Assembly (NCBI GenBank): GCA_963819655.1
Contig: CAWFXA010000002.1
Location: forward strand, 1,504,001 to 1,568,000
Direction: 5' to 3'
DNA length: 64,000 bases
From: an uncultured Chloroflexia bacterium
Lineage (GTDB): Bacteria; Chloroflexota; Limnocylindria; Limnocylindrales; CSP1-4
The translations under genes and the position numbers were made by a program. Shown piece after piece: positions 49,700 to 59,579 of this stretch. Position 1 is the stretch's first letter. Each line of letters starts with the position of its first letter. The notes under the pieces were generated by a model. It was given only the letters and a program-made list of their open reading frames with translations, was not told the DNA's origin and made no database searches.

Positions 49700-50941
49700 A
49701 TGGCGACCCAGACGACCGGATCGACCGCCGATCTCGAGCTCGAAGCTCTTCGGGCGTCCATCGCGGGCGATCTGCGCGGGTATCTCGCCGACCTCGAACG
49801 ACTCGTCAACATCGACTGCGGGTCGTACACGCCCGAGGGCGTGAGCGAGGTGGGCCGCTGGACGGCCCGGTTCCTCGAGGACCTGGGCGCGGACATCGAC
49901 GTCCGGCCGGACCCGACCGGCCGGTTCGCCGAGACGATCGTCGCGACGTTCGAGCGCAAGGCCCACGGCCCGCGCGTGCTGCTCATCGGTCACATGGACA
50001 CGGTGTTCGATCCAGGGACAGCGGCGGCGCGACCGTTCCGCATCGACGACGACACCGCCCGCGGTCCGGGCGTCACCGACATGAAATCCGGGCTGTTGGC
50101 TGGGCTGTATGCACTCAAGGCGATCATCTCCGAGCTCGGGGGACTCCCGTTCGGACGGCTCACGTTCATCGCCAATCCCGACGAGGAGGTCGGCTCGCCG
50201 AGCTCGCGCGAGCACATTCGTGCGGCCGCCGCGGACGTCGATGCGTGCCTCGTCCTCGAGTGTGCCCGCGCCAACGGCGACATCGTCTCGGCACGCAAGG
50301 GCATCCTGGATACGCGTCTGACCGTGCATGGTCGGGCCGCCCACGCCGGGGTCGAACCGGAAAAGGGCCGCAGCGCGATCCTCGAGGCGGCGCGGATCGT
50401 GCAGGACCTCCACGGCCTCAACGGCCGTTGGCCGGGCGTGACCGTCAACGTCGGCAAGATCGCGGGCGGGACGCGCCCGAACGTCGTCGCCGAGCGATGC
50501 GACCTCGAGGTCGACGTGCGCGCGACGACGGCCGACGGCCTGACCGAGGCGGAGGCAGCGGTCCGGGAGATCTCCGAGGCGACCGAGGTGCCCGACACGA
50601 CCGTCGATACGGACATCCTCGTGTCGTGGCTGCCGATGGAGAAGCTGGAGCGTTCGGGTTGGCTCGTCGAGCGCGCCAAGGCGATCGCCGAACGACTGGG
50701 CTTTTCGGTCAACGACACCTCGACCGGTGGCGCGTCCGATGCCAACACCACGTCCGGGATGGGCGTGCCGACGCTCGACGGCCTCGGCCCAGTCGGCGGC
50801 AACGACCATTCGCCGGCCGAATACCTCGACGTGGAATCGATCGTGCCGCGGACGACATTGCTGGCCGGGTTGCTGCTCGCGATCGCGCGGGACCCGGCCG
50901 TGCTGGCGTGGCGCGAGGACGATCCGCGGTTCGCGGGGTGA
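49700..50941 (+). CDS. M20-family metallopeptidase (carboxypeptidase G2-like)
   Basis: GHMDTVF, GPGVTDMKSG, DEEVGS, GRAAHAG, GGASDAN, DHS..E. Confidence 0.93.
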   Translation: MATQTTGSTADLELEALRASIAGDLRGYLADLERLVNIDCGSYTPEGVSEVGRWTARFLEDLGADIDVRPDPTGRFAETIVATFERKAHGPRVLLIGHMDTVFDPGTAAARPFRIDDDTARGPGVTDMKSGLLAGLYALKAIISELGGLPFGRLTFIANPDEEVGSPSSREHIRAAAADVDACLVLECARANGDIVSARKGILDTRLTVHGRAAHAGVEPEKGRSAILEAARIVQDLHGLNGRWPGVTVNVGKIAGGTRPNVVAERCDLEVDVRATTADGLTEAEAAVREISEATEVPDTTVDTDILVSWLPMEKLERSGWLVERAKAIAERLGFSVNDTSTGGASDANTTSGMGVPTLDGLGPVGGNDHSPAEYLDVESIVPRTTLLAGLLLAIARDPAVLAWREDDPRFAG

Positions 50942-51342
50942 CCGCAGCCAGACGCCTGATCTCGTCGGGCGGACCGTGGGAGGAGGTCGCCGGCTACAGC
51001 CGGGCGGTCGTGGTCGGGTACGCGTGCTGGGTCGCCGGCACCACCGACGCCGGCCCGGACGGGGTATCCCGACATCCGGGCGACGTCACCGGCCAGGCCC
51101 GGGCGGTGTTCGGGATCATCGAGGCCGCCCTGGCCGAGGGTGGGTTCAGCCTGCGCGACGTCGTCCGGACCCGGATGTTCGTCGTGGACATGGCCGTCGC
51201 GGACGAGCTGTCGGCCGTCCACGGCGAGGTCTTCGGCGACATCCGGCCCGCGGCCACGATGGTCGCCGTCGCCGGACTGATGCATCCGAGCCTGCTCGTC
51301 GAGATCGAGGCCGACGCGATGAGGGGTCCGTCCGGAGGGTGA
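50938..51342 (+). CDS. RidA/YjgF-family protein
   Basis: SSGGPWEEVAGYSRAV, VVRTRMFV, IRPAATMV, LVEIEA. Confidence 0.9.
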   Translation: MTAARRLISSGGPWEEVAGYSRAVVVGYACWVAGTTDAGPDGVSRHPGDVTGQARAVFGIIEAALAEGGFSLRDVVRTRMFVVDMAVADELSAVHGEVFGDIRPAATMVAVAGLMHPSLLVEIEADAMRGPSGG

Positions 51343-51345
51343 CGG

Positions 51346-51690
51346 TCAGCCGGGGAGCGGCGACAGCCCGGTCGCCCGCGCGACGACGACGATCGCGACG
51401 GAGACCAGAAGACCCAGCAGCAGGTTCCGCCGCCACGCGGTCACGCCGAGGCAGGCCAACACCGCGACCCATTCGATGCCGATGTGGAACGAGGTCGTGC
51501 CGTCTTCGTCGGTGGAGACCATCACCGCGACCGCGGCGAGTGCCGCCAGCACCGCCGGTCCGACCAGCTGGAGGTAGTCGAGCGCCTTGCGCGGCAGCCG
51601 TTCCATCCCTGGCGTCAGCAACCCGACGGCGCGCGTGGGATAGGTCACGAGGAACATCAGGACCGCCAGGGGGATGAGGTCGGTGCTCAT
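51346..51690 (-). CDS. azlD: AzlD-like branched-chain amino acid exporter small subunit
   Basis: VTYPTRA...LQLVGPAVLAAL; ATGA junction with azlC at 51687-51690. Confidence 0.8.
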   Translation of the reverse strand: MSTDLIPLAVLMFLVTYPTRAVGLLTPGMERLPRKALDYLQLVGPAVLAALAAVAVMVSTDEDGTTSFHIGIEWVAVLACLGVTAWRRNLLLGLLVSVAIVVVARATGLSPLPG

Positions 51691-52512
51691 CGGGGCTTCT
51701 CGGCCTCGTCCGAATCCGGTGGTGGCTGGACATGTGCCCCGGGCATGACGAATCGGTCCGCCGATGCGAGCGATCCGAGCGGTGCGGTCTCCCGGGCCAT
51801 GCGCCTCGGGCACGAGCAGCCCGACGGCCGGGCCGACCAGCCCGCCGACGACGATCCCGATCGCCGGGCTCGACAGCAATGCCACGACGACGCCGACGCC
51901 CGCCCCGACGATGGCCGCGACGAGCTCGCGTCGACCGGTGATCAGGCCGACCGCCAGCCCGATCATCGCCGCCGGGAAGATGATGTCGATGCCGAAGCGG
52001 GCCGGGTCGGGGATCTGGCCGCCGAGGAGGGCGCCGGCGAGGGTCGCGAGGTTCCAGGGGATGAACGTGCAGACGACCGCGCCGATCCAGTAGCCCCATT
52101 CGTCGGTCCGCCCGAGCCGCCGGAAGTGACCGATCGACAGCGCGAACGATTCGTCGGTCAGCAGATGGGCCATCACCGCGCGACGCACGAACGGCACCTT
52201 CCGCAGCCACGGCCCGAGGGCAGCCGAGTAGAGCAGATGGCGGGCGTTCAGCAATGCGGTCAGCAGCACGATGCCCGGCCACGCGAGGCCGCTCGCAACG
52301 TAGCCGACCGCCGCGAACTGAGCTGCCCCACCGAACACGATGACACTCATCGCCATCGCCTCGATCGGGGAAAAGCCGGCCTGGCGGGCCGATAAGCCGT
52401 ACACGAACCCGAACCCGAGGGCAGCGACGGCGATCCCGGCTCCGTCGACCAGGACACGGCGCCGGCTTGCGGAGAGGTCCTCTTTGGACTCCGCCGGCCT
52501 GGTGTCGTTCAG
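51687..52512 (-). CDS. azlC: AzlC-family permease, frameshifted near 51795
   Basis: MSVIVFGGAAQFA, NARHLLYSA, LTDESFA; shifted tail ETAPLGS...EKPR* ends in ATGA with azlD; start uncertain. Confidence 0.85.
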
Positions 52513-52781
52513 CGCAGGAAGGTCTTGCCGCAGGTCCCGTCGCAGACGACGAAGACGGCGTGCTTCTCGGCGGCGTAGCCCGCAGCGTGGAGGAGGCCCG
52601 GACAGCCCGGCGTCGGGCACTTCCAGACCCACCACCGTTCGTTCGCGTCGAGCGGAGTCGCTTGGGCGCTCAGCGTGGCGGCCAGACCGTCCCGTTCGGA
52701 GACGAGGCGAGCGACTGTCGCGGCTCGATCGGCTTCGCTCTCGCTCGTGTACGGGTAGTTCTGACCCACGTTCGAGGTCAC
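52509..52781 (-). CDS. small Cys-rich, putative Zn-binding protein
   Basis: GGAGG RBS and GTG start; CPTPGC...H...CDGTC; 90 aa. Confidence 0.7.
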   Translation of the reverse strand: MTSNVGQNYPYTSESEADRAATVARLVSERDGLAATLSAQATPLDANERWWVWKCPTPGCPGLLHAAGYAAEKHAVFVVCDGTCGKTFLR

Positions 52782-52884
52782 GGACGCCTCCGATCGTGCG
52801 CGCTCGGGGACGAAGGGCCGGTGACGGCGTCGTGTGAGCGCTCGCCCGTCACCGGCGCCCGGAGTATCGCATATGGTCGGTCTC

Positions 52885-54552
52885 TCACCAGACGGCCGGC
52901 AGGCCTTCGCTGCGAGGGTCGGTGGTCGCTGCGAGCGAGCCGCCGGCGGCCGGACCGCCATCGACGAGCTCGATCGCATGCTCGTGGCCGAGGCCACTGT
53001 CGAACGCGCCGGTCGGCACCAGGTGGTGACCGGCCGCGCGCAGCGCCTCGGCGATGCCGGGCGCATACCGCGTCTCGAGCGACACCTCGGTCGGCGGTGC
53101 GAGCAGTTCGGGCGGCCCGACGAACCAGCGCGGCGCCGCGACCGCAGTCGCGATATCGAGCCCGCCATCGACCACGCCGCTCACGAACTGGGCATGGATC
53201 TGCGGCTGGGCGTCGCCGCCCATCGAGCCGACGACGATCCACGGACCGGGCTGGCCGTCACGGAACAGCATCCCGGGGAGCAGCGTGTGGAGCGTCCGTT
53301 TGCCCGGAGCGAGCACGTTCGCGTGGCCCGGATCGAGGCTGAAATAGCTGCCCCGGTTCTGGTAGTGGATGCCCGTCTCCCGATCCACCACGCCGGACCC
53401 GAACCCGGCCCAGTTCGATTCGATCAGGCTGACCGCATTGCCCATCGCGTCGACCGTCGCGAGGAAGATCGTCCCGCCACCGGGCGGGTTGGTCGCGGGG
53501 GCCGGGAAGGCGGCACGCTCCTGGTCGATGCGGGCCGCAAGGGAGGCGAGTCGGTTGGCCCCGAGGAGCTCCGCGACCGGGACCTCCCGCGCCTCCGGGT
53601 CCGTGAGGTACGCATCCCGGTCGGCCATGGCGAGCTTCGCGGCTTCGATGCCGACGTGGACCCACCGGGCATCGCCGACGCCGTCAGGCCCGAAATGCGA
53701 CCGACGAGGCGGTTCGAACTGGCGGAGGATCCCGAGGATCTCGAGCGCGACCATCCCCGAGCTGTTCGGCGAGTGCGTGGTGACCCGCACGTCCCGATAG
53801 GTCAGCTCGATCGGCTCGCCCCAGGTCGACGTGTGGGACCGCAGGTCGCCGATGGTGATGGGCGAGCCGGCGGCGGCCAACGCCGCAGCCTGCCTCTCTC
53901 CGAGGTCGCCGTCGTAGAACGCGTCGAACCCCTCGAGGGCCAGCGTCTCGAGCGTCGCCCCGAGAGCCGGCAGGCGCACGCGTTCTCCGGCCCGCCACGC
54001 CCGACCCTCGGGACGGAACACTGCATCGAACCCGCCTTCGCGCCCGACGGCCTGCCGGGCGATCGGCGCCATCGCCTCGACGTCCCCGATGAACGCACCC
54101 GACGCCGCGAACCCGTCGCGTGCCAGCTCGATCGCGGGGGCGAGGACGGCGTCACGCGACAGCAGCCCGTAGCGGCTGTGCGCATCGCCCCACGACCGCA
54201 CGGCACCGGGGACCGTGATGCTCAACGGGCCGCGGAACGGCATCCGCCGATGGCCCGCTTCGCGGAGCGGCGCCGCATCGATCCCTGCCGCGGAACGGCC
54301 CGACCCATTCAGGGCGACCTGCTGCCCCGCCGCGGCGTCCCATATCAGCCAGAACGCGTCGCCACCGATCCCGCAGCTCCCCGGCGCGACGACCGCCAGG
54401 ACGGCGTTCGTCGCGATCGCTGCGTCGACGGCCGAGCCGCCCTGGCGCAGCACGCCGAGCCCGGCCGCGGTCGCCAGGTGATGCGGGGCGACGACCGCCC
54501 CACGCACTCCGCGGGCGAGCGGGACCGGTACCAGCGGCCGGCGGTCCGTCAC
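52885..54552 (-). CDS. ggt: gamma-glutamyltransferase-family protein
   Basis: GGSAVDAAIA, GIGGDAF, TVPGAV, GT nucleophile (GGTIF), PGKRTLHTL, GSMGGDAQPQ, DPRSEG. Confidence 0.93.
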   Translation of the reverse strand: MTDRRPLVPVPLARGVRGAVVAPHHLATAAGLGVLRQGGSAVDAAIATNAVLAVVAPGSCGIGGDAFWLIWDAAAGQQVALNGSGRSAAGIDAAPLREAGHRRMPFRGPLSITVPGAVRSWGDAHSRYGLLSRDAVLAPAIELARDGFAASGAFIGDVEAMAPIARQAVGREGGFDAVFRPEGRAWRAGERVRLPALGATLETLALEGFDAFYDGDLGERQAAALAAAGSPITIGDLRSHTSTWGEPIELTYRDVRVTTHSPNSSGMVALEILGILRQFEPPRRSHFGPDGVGDARWVHVGIEAAKLAMADRDAYLTDPEAREVPVAELLGANRLASLAARIDQERAAFPAPATNPPGGGTIFLATVDAMGNAVSLIESNWAGFGSGVVDRETGIHYQNRGSYFSLDPGHANVLAPGKRTLHTLLPGMLFRDGQPGPWIVVGSMGGDAQPQIHAQFVSGVVDGGLDIATAVAAPRWFVGPPELLAPPTEVSLETRYAPGIAEALRAAGHHLVPTGAFDSGLGHEHAIELVDGGPAAGGSLAATTDPRSEGLPAVW

Positions 54553-55823
54553 GTCTGGGGATCCGCATGGTTCGGGATGACGCCCAGCTCGTCCTCATCG
54601 CGCCGGAGCTGAGCGAGCGGGATCAGGGCGACCCCGAGTAGGACGACGGTGGCGATGAGCATCCCGTCGATGCCCCGCGCGTCGGCCGCGAACCCGCCGA
54701 TCAGCGCCCCGACGATCTGGCCCACCGCGAGGAATACCGAGTACAGGCCCATGATCGCCCCGCGATCGTGCGGGAAGCGCTCCGAGATGTCGGCGAGCAG
54801 GCCGAGCGCGGCCGGTGTCGCGCCGGCCATGACGAAGAGCCCGAACGCGGCGGCCACGGCGGCCCCGAGCAGCACCGCGATCGACAGACCGGCGGAGTGG
54901 TTGACCACGATCCCCGCCCCGACCAGCAACCCTCCACCGAGGATCCCGTACAGGATGATCGTGGTGCGCCGCAGGTTCTTGAAGCGATTGCCCCAATAAA
55001 GCAGGCCGGCGCCGAAGATGATCCCGATGACGACGGCCGCCGCGGAGATCTGCACGGCTGTGAACCCGCTCATGAGGGCCTGGTCGGGGAACTCCGGGTT
55101 CGCTTTGGCGAACTGGAAGAGCGACTGGCTGAACCACAGGCCGATCGACGCGTTGACCGCGATCCACGTCGGAGCGAGCAGCCAGACGTGCGCGCTCCGC
55201 GTCAGCTCGACGTAGCGACGCAGCCCGAGGTGCGGGGCCTTCACGGCCGCCGACTCACCAGCAGGGTCCTTGACGGTCCAGAAGATGAGGAACGACACGC
55301 CGTACACGACGGCATTCAGGAAGAACGCCGTCGGTCCGAACGTCGCGAAGGCGATCGGGGCGACCGCGAACCCGGCTCCAAGTCCCAGCAGCGTGGCTCC
55401 CTCGAATCGAGCCGACATCTTGCCGCGCAAGCCTTCGTCGAGGGCAGTGACGATCGCGATGAAGCCGAGGATCGACGGGATGCTGGCCGCGGTCGAGGCG
55501 CCCTCGAGCCAGCGGGTTCCGCCGAGGACGACGAGGTTGGTCGTCAGCCCGGTCAGGATGACTGCGATCGCGCCGAAGGCAGGTCCGAACAGCATGACCC
55601 TGTGATGGCCGAGCCGGTCGGACATGACGCCGAAGATCGGGGACAGGATGAGCTCGGCGAGGTAGAACGTCGCGGAGAAGATGCCTACCACGATCGGGTC
55701 GACCTCCGGGCCGCCATGCTGTGGGAGCGTCGCGAGGTAGACCGCCAGCATGGCCCCGGTGAGTCCGGTGCTGAAACGCAGCGTGAAAGTGCCGGCCAGC
55801 ACGGCCCACATCGATCGATCCAT
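54549..55823 (-). CDS. MFS transporter
   Basis: GVMSDRLGHHRV motif A; about 12 transmembrane segments. Confidence 0.88.
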   Translation of the reverse strand: MDRSMWAVLAGTFTLRFSTGLTGAMLAVYLATLPQHGGPEVDPIVVGIFSATFYLAELILSPIFGVMSDRLGHHRVMLFGPAFGAIAVILTGLTTNLVVLGGTRWLEGASTAASIPSILGFIAIVTALDEGLRGKMSARFEGATLLGLGAGFAVAPIAFATFGPTAFFLNAVVYGVSFLIFWTVKDPAGESAAVKAPHLGLRRYVELTRSAHVWLLAPTWIAVNASIGLWFSQSLFQFAKANPEFPDQALMSGFTAVQISAAAVVIGIIFGAGLLYWGNRFKNLRRTTIILYGILGGGLLVGAGIVVNHSAGLSIAVLLGAAVAAAFGLFVMAGATPAALGLLADISERFPHDRGAIMGLYSVFLAVGQIVGALIGGFAADARGIDGMLIATVVLLGVALIPLAQLRRDEDELGVIPNHADPQT

Positions 55824-55915
55824 GCCTGGACAGCGTACCGGGAACACGCTGGACGCGGCTCGTATGATGCCCCGAACGACCGGCCGTTCCGGGCCGGCGG
55901 GGAGGAGGGTCACCC

Positions 55916-56767
55916 TTGGCGCGCGTCGCGATCTTCACCGACTCGGCGTCCGACCTCGATCCGGCCGAAGCGTCGGCATCGGGCATCCACATCGTGCCGC
56001 TGCTCGTGAATTTCGGGTCGCAGTCGTTCAGGGCCGGCGTGGATCTGACGGGTCCCGCCTTCTGGGAACGGATGACCGCTCCCGACGCGCCGTTCCCGAC
56101 GACGGCGGCCTCGTCACCCGGCGACTTCAAGGATGCGTACGAGGCGGCCTTCACCGACGGCGCCGAGGCGATCGTCTCGGTCCATGTCGCAGGCTCGCTG
56201 TCAGGCACGATCAAGAGCGCTCAGATCGCGCGCGACATGCTGCCTGACCGTGAGATCCATGTCGTCGATTCGCTGAGTGCGTCGATGGCGATCGGCATCT
56301 TGGCCCGGATGGGGCTGGAGCTCGCCGAGGCGGACGTCCCGGCCGAGGAGATCGCGGCGGCGCTCGAGGAACGCGCCCAGGACCTGCGCATCTATTTCGC
56401 CCTGGACACCCTCGAATACCTGAAGAAGGGCGGTCGCATCAGCGGCGCCCAGGCGGCGATCGGGACGCTGCTCTCGGTGAAGCCTGTGATCATGCTCAAG
56501 CACGGCGAGGTCACCACCGTCGATCGGGTTCGGACACGCTCGAAGGCGCGCGAGCGTCTCATCGAGCTGACGGTCGAGCGCCCGGTCGAGCGGCTGTCGA
56601 TCCTGCACACGGTCACGCCGGACATCGAGGCGTTCCGCACGGACGTCCTGAAGCACCTCCCCGACCTGGATCCTGGGGCCGTGTCGGTCGAGCTCGTCGG
56701 CGCGTCGGTCGGGCCGCACGTCGGCCCGGGCTGCGTGGGCGCGGCGATCCTGTATCGCCCGAACTGA
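55916..56767 (+). CDS. DegV-family fatty-acid-binding protein
   Basis: IFTDSASDL, PTT, SLSGT, VVDS, LEYLKKGGRI, LLSVKP, HVGPG. Confidence 0.93.
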   Translation: MARVAIFTDSASDLDPAEASASGIHIVPLLVNFGSQSFRAGVDLTGPAFWERMTAPDAPFPTTAASSPGDFKDAYEAAFTDGAEAIVSVHVAGSLSGTIKSAQIARDMLPDREIHVVDSLSASMAIGILARMGLELAEADVPAEEIAAALEERAQDLRIYFALDTLEYLKKGGRISGAQAAIGTLLSVKPVIMLKHGEVTTVDRVRTRSKARERLIELTVERPVERLSILHTVTPDIEAFRTDVLKHLPDLDPGAVSVELVGASVGPHVGPGCVGAAILYRPN

Positions 56768-56868
56768 GGTCGCCGCGGGCTGGAAACCCCCAGCCACAGG
56801 TTGCGGCATGGTAGCGACAACCTTGCGGACCGGTACCTTCGGGGAGACGCCAGACGCCGACCTGCGGC

Positions 56869-56874
56869 TATAAT
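56869..56874 (+). promoter_or_regulatory. consensus -10 box upstream of gdh
   Basis: TATAAT about 140 nt before the gdh ATG in very GC-rich DNA. Confidence 0.55.
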
Positions 56875-57016
56875 CCGGGTCGCACATGAGTCGCGCATCG
56901 CACGCCCGGCCAACCCATCCAGGTCCGGTCGATGCGCCCCGTGGGGTCGTCCGGGAGACGACTCACACCTTCGTGGTGGCCGATAGCGGCCGCCCGACAG
57001 AGAGGTTCTTCCTTCG

Positions 57017-58285
57017 ATGACCACCGAGAACGTCGCTGCCCAGATCAACGCCTGGGAAGTCGCCCAGCGACAGTTCGACCTCGCCGCCGACCGCCTCGAC
57101 CTCGACCCCGGGATGCGGCTCGTCCTGCGTGAGCCGCGGCGCGAGTTCACCTGCCACTTCCCGGTCCACATGGACGACGGCACCGTCCAGGTCTTCACCG
57201 GGTACCGCGTCCAGCACAACCTGGGTCGCGGCCCGGCCAAGGGCGGCATCCGCTACCACCAGGACGTCACCCTCGACGAGGTCAAGGCCCTCGCGATGTG
57301 GATGACCTGGAAGTGCGCCGTCGTCGGCATCCCGTACGGCGGCGGCAAGGGCGGCGTCATCGTCGATCCGAAGCAGCTCAGCCAGAAGGAGCTCGAGGGT
57401 CTGACCCGCCGGTTCTTCACCGAGATCGAGGTGCTGGTCGGGCCCGAAAAGGACATCCCGGCGCCGGACGTCAATACCAACGCCCAGATCATGGCCTGGA
57501 TGATGGACACGTACTCGATGCATGCCGGGTACACCGTTCCGGGCGTCGTCACCGGCAAGCCGATCAGCCTCGGCGGCTCGGAAGGGCGCAACGAGGCCAC
57601 GGCCCGTGGCACCGTCTTCTGCATCATCGAGGCGGCTCGCCACCTCGGCATCGAGCTGAACAAGGCGACCGTCTCCGTCCAGGGCTTCGGCAACGCGGGT
57701 TCGATCGCCGCGCGGCTCATCACCGAGGAAGGTGCGACCGTCGTCGCGGTGTCCGATTCGACCGGTGGCATCCACGACCCGAAGGGTCTCGAGATCAGCA
57801 AGGTCATCGCCTGGAAGCAGGAGCACGGTACGGTCCAGGGCTTCCCGGGAGCGACCGACATCAGCAACGCCGAGGTGCTCGAGGTCGACTGCGACATCCT
57901 CATCCCGGCCGCCCTCGAGAACCAGATCACGGCCCGCAACGCCGGCAACATCAAGGCGCGCATGATCGCCGAGGCCGCGAACGGCCCGACCACGCCCGAG
58001 GCCGACGAGATCCTCTTCAAGTCCTGGAAGACGTTCATGATCCCGGACATCCTGTGCAACGCCGGTGGGGTCACGGTCAGCTATTTCGAGTGGGTGCAGG
58101 ACCTCAACCGCGACCACTGGAGCGAGCAGGTCGTCAACGCGAAGCTCAAGGACATCATGGTCAAGGCCTTCCAGGAGGTCCTCGCGGTCGCCCGCCGCGA
58201 GCAGTGCGACATGCGCACCGCTGCCTACCTCCTAGCCGTGCGGCGGGTCGCCGACGCCATGGAACTCCGCGGCCTCTACCCATAG
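57017..58285 (+). CDS. gdhA: Glu/Leu/Phe/Val dehydrogenase (glutamate dehydrogenase)
   Basis: GPAKGGIRY, MTWKC, GGGKGG, PAPDVNT, VTGKP, QGFGNAG, EAANGP, NAGGVTVSYFEW. Confidence 0.96.
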   Translation: MTTENVAAQINAWEVAQRQFDLAADRLDLDPGMRLVLREPRREFTCHFPVHMDDGTVQVFTGYRVQHNLGRGPAKGGIRYHQDVTLDEVKALAMWMTWKCAVVGIPYGGGKGGVIVDPKQLSQKELEGLTRRFFTEIEVLVGPEKDIPAPDVNTNAQIMAWMMDTYSMHAGYTVPGVVTGKPISLGGSEGRNEATARGTVFCIIEAARHLGIELNKATVSVQGFGNAGSIAARLITEEGATVVAVSDSTGGIHDPKGLEISKVIAWKQEHGTVQGFPGATDISNAEVLEVDCDILIPAALENQITARNAGNIKARMIAEAANGPTTPEADEILFKSWKTFMIPDILCNAGGVTVSYFEWVQDLNRDHWSEQVVNAKLKDIMVKAFQEVLAVARREQCDMRTAAYLLAVRRVADAMELRGLYP

Positions 58286-58323
58286 GGGCGCGACGCGGCG
58301 CGGCCCGGCCCGTCCGGCCCCTG

Positions 58324-58902
58324 ATGACGCGCCTCCTCGAGCGGGACACGTCGGTCCTCATTGTCATCGACGCCCAGCCGCGTTTCCTCGCGGGAGACCC
58401 TGCCAGCCCGGTCGATGGGATCGTGGCGCGCATCGCATGGCTCGTCGGCGTCGCTGGCGCTCTTGACGTCCCGATCGTCGTGACCGAGGAGGCACCCGAC
58501 CGCAACGGGTCGACGCACCCGGACATCGCCGCGAGGCTCCCCGCCGGGACCCCGACGCACGTCAAGCCGACCTTCGGCCTGGCCGACGTGCCCGCGATCC
58601 TCGCCGCCGTCGAGGCGACCGGTCGCGACACGGCCGTGCTGGTCGGCATGGAGACGGATGTCTGCGTCGCCCAATCGACCCTCGGCCTGCTCGATCGCGG
58701 GCTCCGCGTAGCGGTCGTCTCGGACGCGACGTACTCCCCAGGGTCCATGCACGAGCACGGGCTACGCCGGGTCGCCGACGCCGGCGGGGTCGTCGTCCAC
58801 GCCAAGGGCGTGTACTACGAGTGGGTCCGCACGGTCGACGCCGCGCTCGCGTTCGAGAGGGCTCATCCCGACCTCGCGGCACCGCCCGGCTTCCGCCTCT
58901 GA
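58324..58902 (+). CDS. isochorismatase-family cysteine hydrolase
   Basis: LIVIDAQ, K.TF, GMETDVCVAQS catalytic D-K-C set. Confidence 0.88.
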   Translation: MTRLLERDTSVLIVIDAQPRFLAGDPASPVDGIVARIAWLVGVAGALDVPIVVTEEAPDRNGSTHPDIAARLPAGTPTHVKPTFGLADVPAILAAVEATGRDTAVLVGMETDVCVAQSTLGLLDRGLRVAVVSDATYSPGSMHEHGLRRVADAGGVVVHAKGVYYEWVRTVDAALAFERAHPDLAAPPGFRL

Positions 58903-58959
58903 GAGGCACCGGCGCATCGGTCGCCGGCTCGCCCAAGGCCCGATGCTAGAGTTGGGCGC

Positions 58960-59564
58960 ATGCTCGATCACGAAGAGAAGTTCCTGTTCAAGGAGGAGAT
59001 CCTCCACCTGTCGAACGCGGTGGCGGAGCCGGGCGGCCTCGACAACGTCGAGGACCTGCTGACCGACGTCATCACGAGCCCGCGTTTCGATTCGGAGGTG
59101 TTCACGCTCGAGCGAAGCCTGCAGGTCATGCTCGGGCCTCGCGCCGGGACGACTCTGGTCGGGCTGCTCACCGTGGCGCCGGAAGTCTTCGACGAGGTCG
59201 CGGAGGTCCGCATCCCGTCCGAGGTCCACGAACGGTTGGTGGCGTGGCGGGCCCGCTTCGGCCTGGCCATCGACAACGCCCTGAACTTCCTGAACAACCC
59301 CGACGGGATCCAGGGCCACAACTTCGCGACGCAGGTCGCCCACGTCGAGGAACGGCGCGTACTGCAGGGTCGACTGACACTGGTCCGCTACAACAACGAG
59401 CCGCAATTCTTCGTGGCCGACGCGAGCGTCTTCTTCGGGCTGGTCACCGACATCCTCGAGCGTCTCGGCCCGTACCTCGAGTCCGACGCGGTCGATGCGG
59501 AGACCGTCGCTCGACTGCGTGACGCGCTGGGGTTGGTCGAGCGCAAGACCGGCCCCGCGGCTAG
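58960..59564 (+). CDS. hypothetical protein of about 200 aa; 3' end uncertain
   Basis: Strong GC3 coding pattern; TGnTAGAGT box 7 nt before the ATG; reading degenerates after ...LGLVERKTG, probably an indel. Confidence 0.7.
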
Positions 59565-59579
59565 CACCCGGCTCGGAGC

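Noticed and set aside
51346-52635. Natural AzlC-AzlD fusion
   Set aside because: A one-base shift near 51795 restores a normal AzlC tail ending in an ATGA overlap with azlD
55916-56767. DegV acting with a DhaL-domain protein as a FakAB fatty-acid kinase
   Set aside because: Both DAK2 proteins are short DhaL-type within the dha locus, lack the FakA C-terminal domains and lie over 30 kb away
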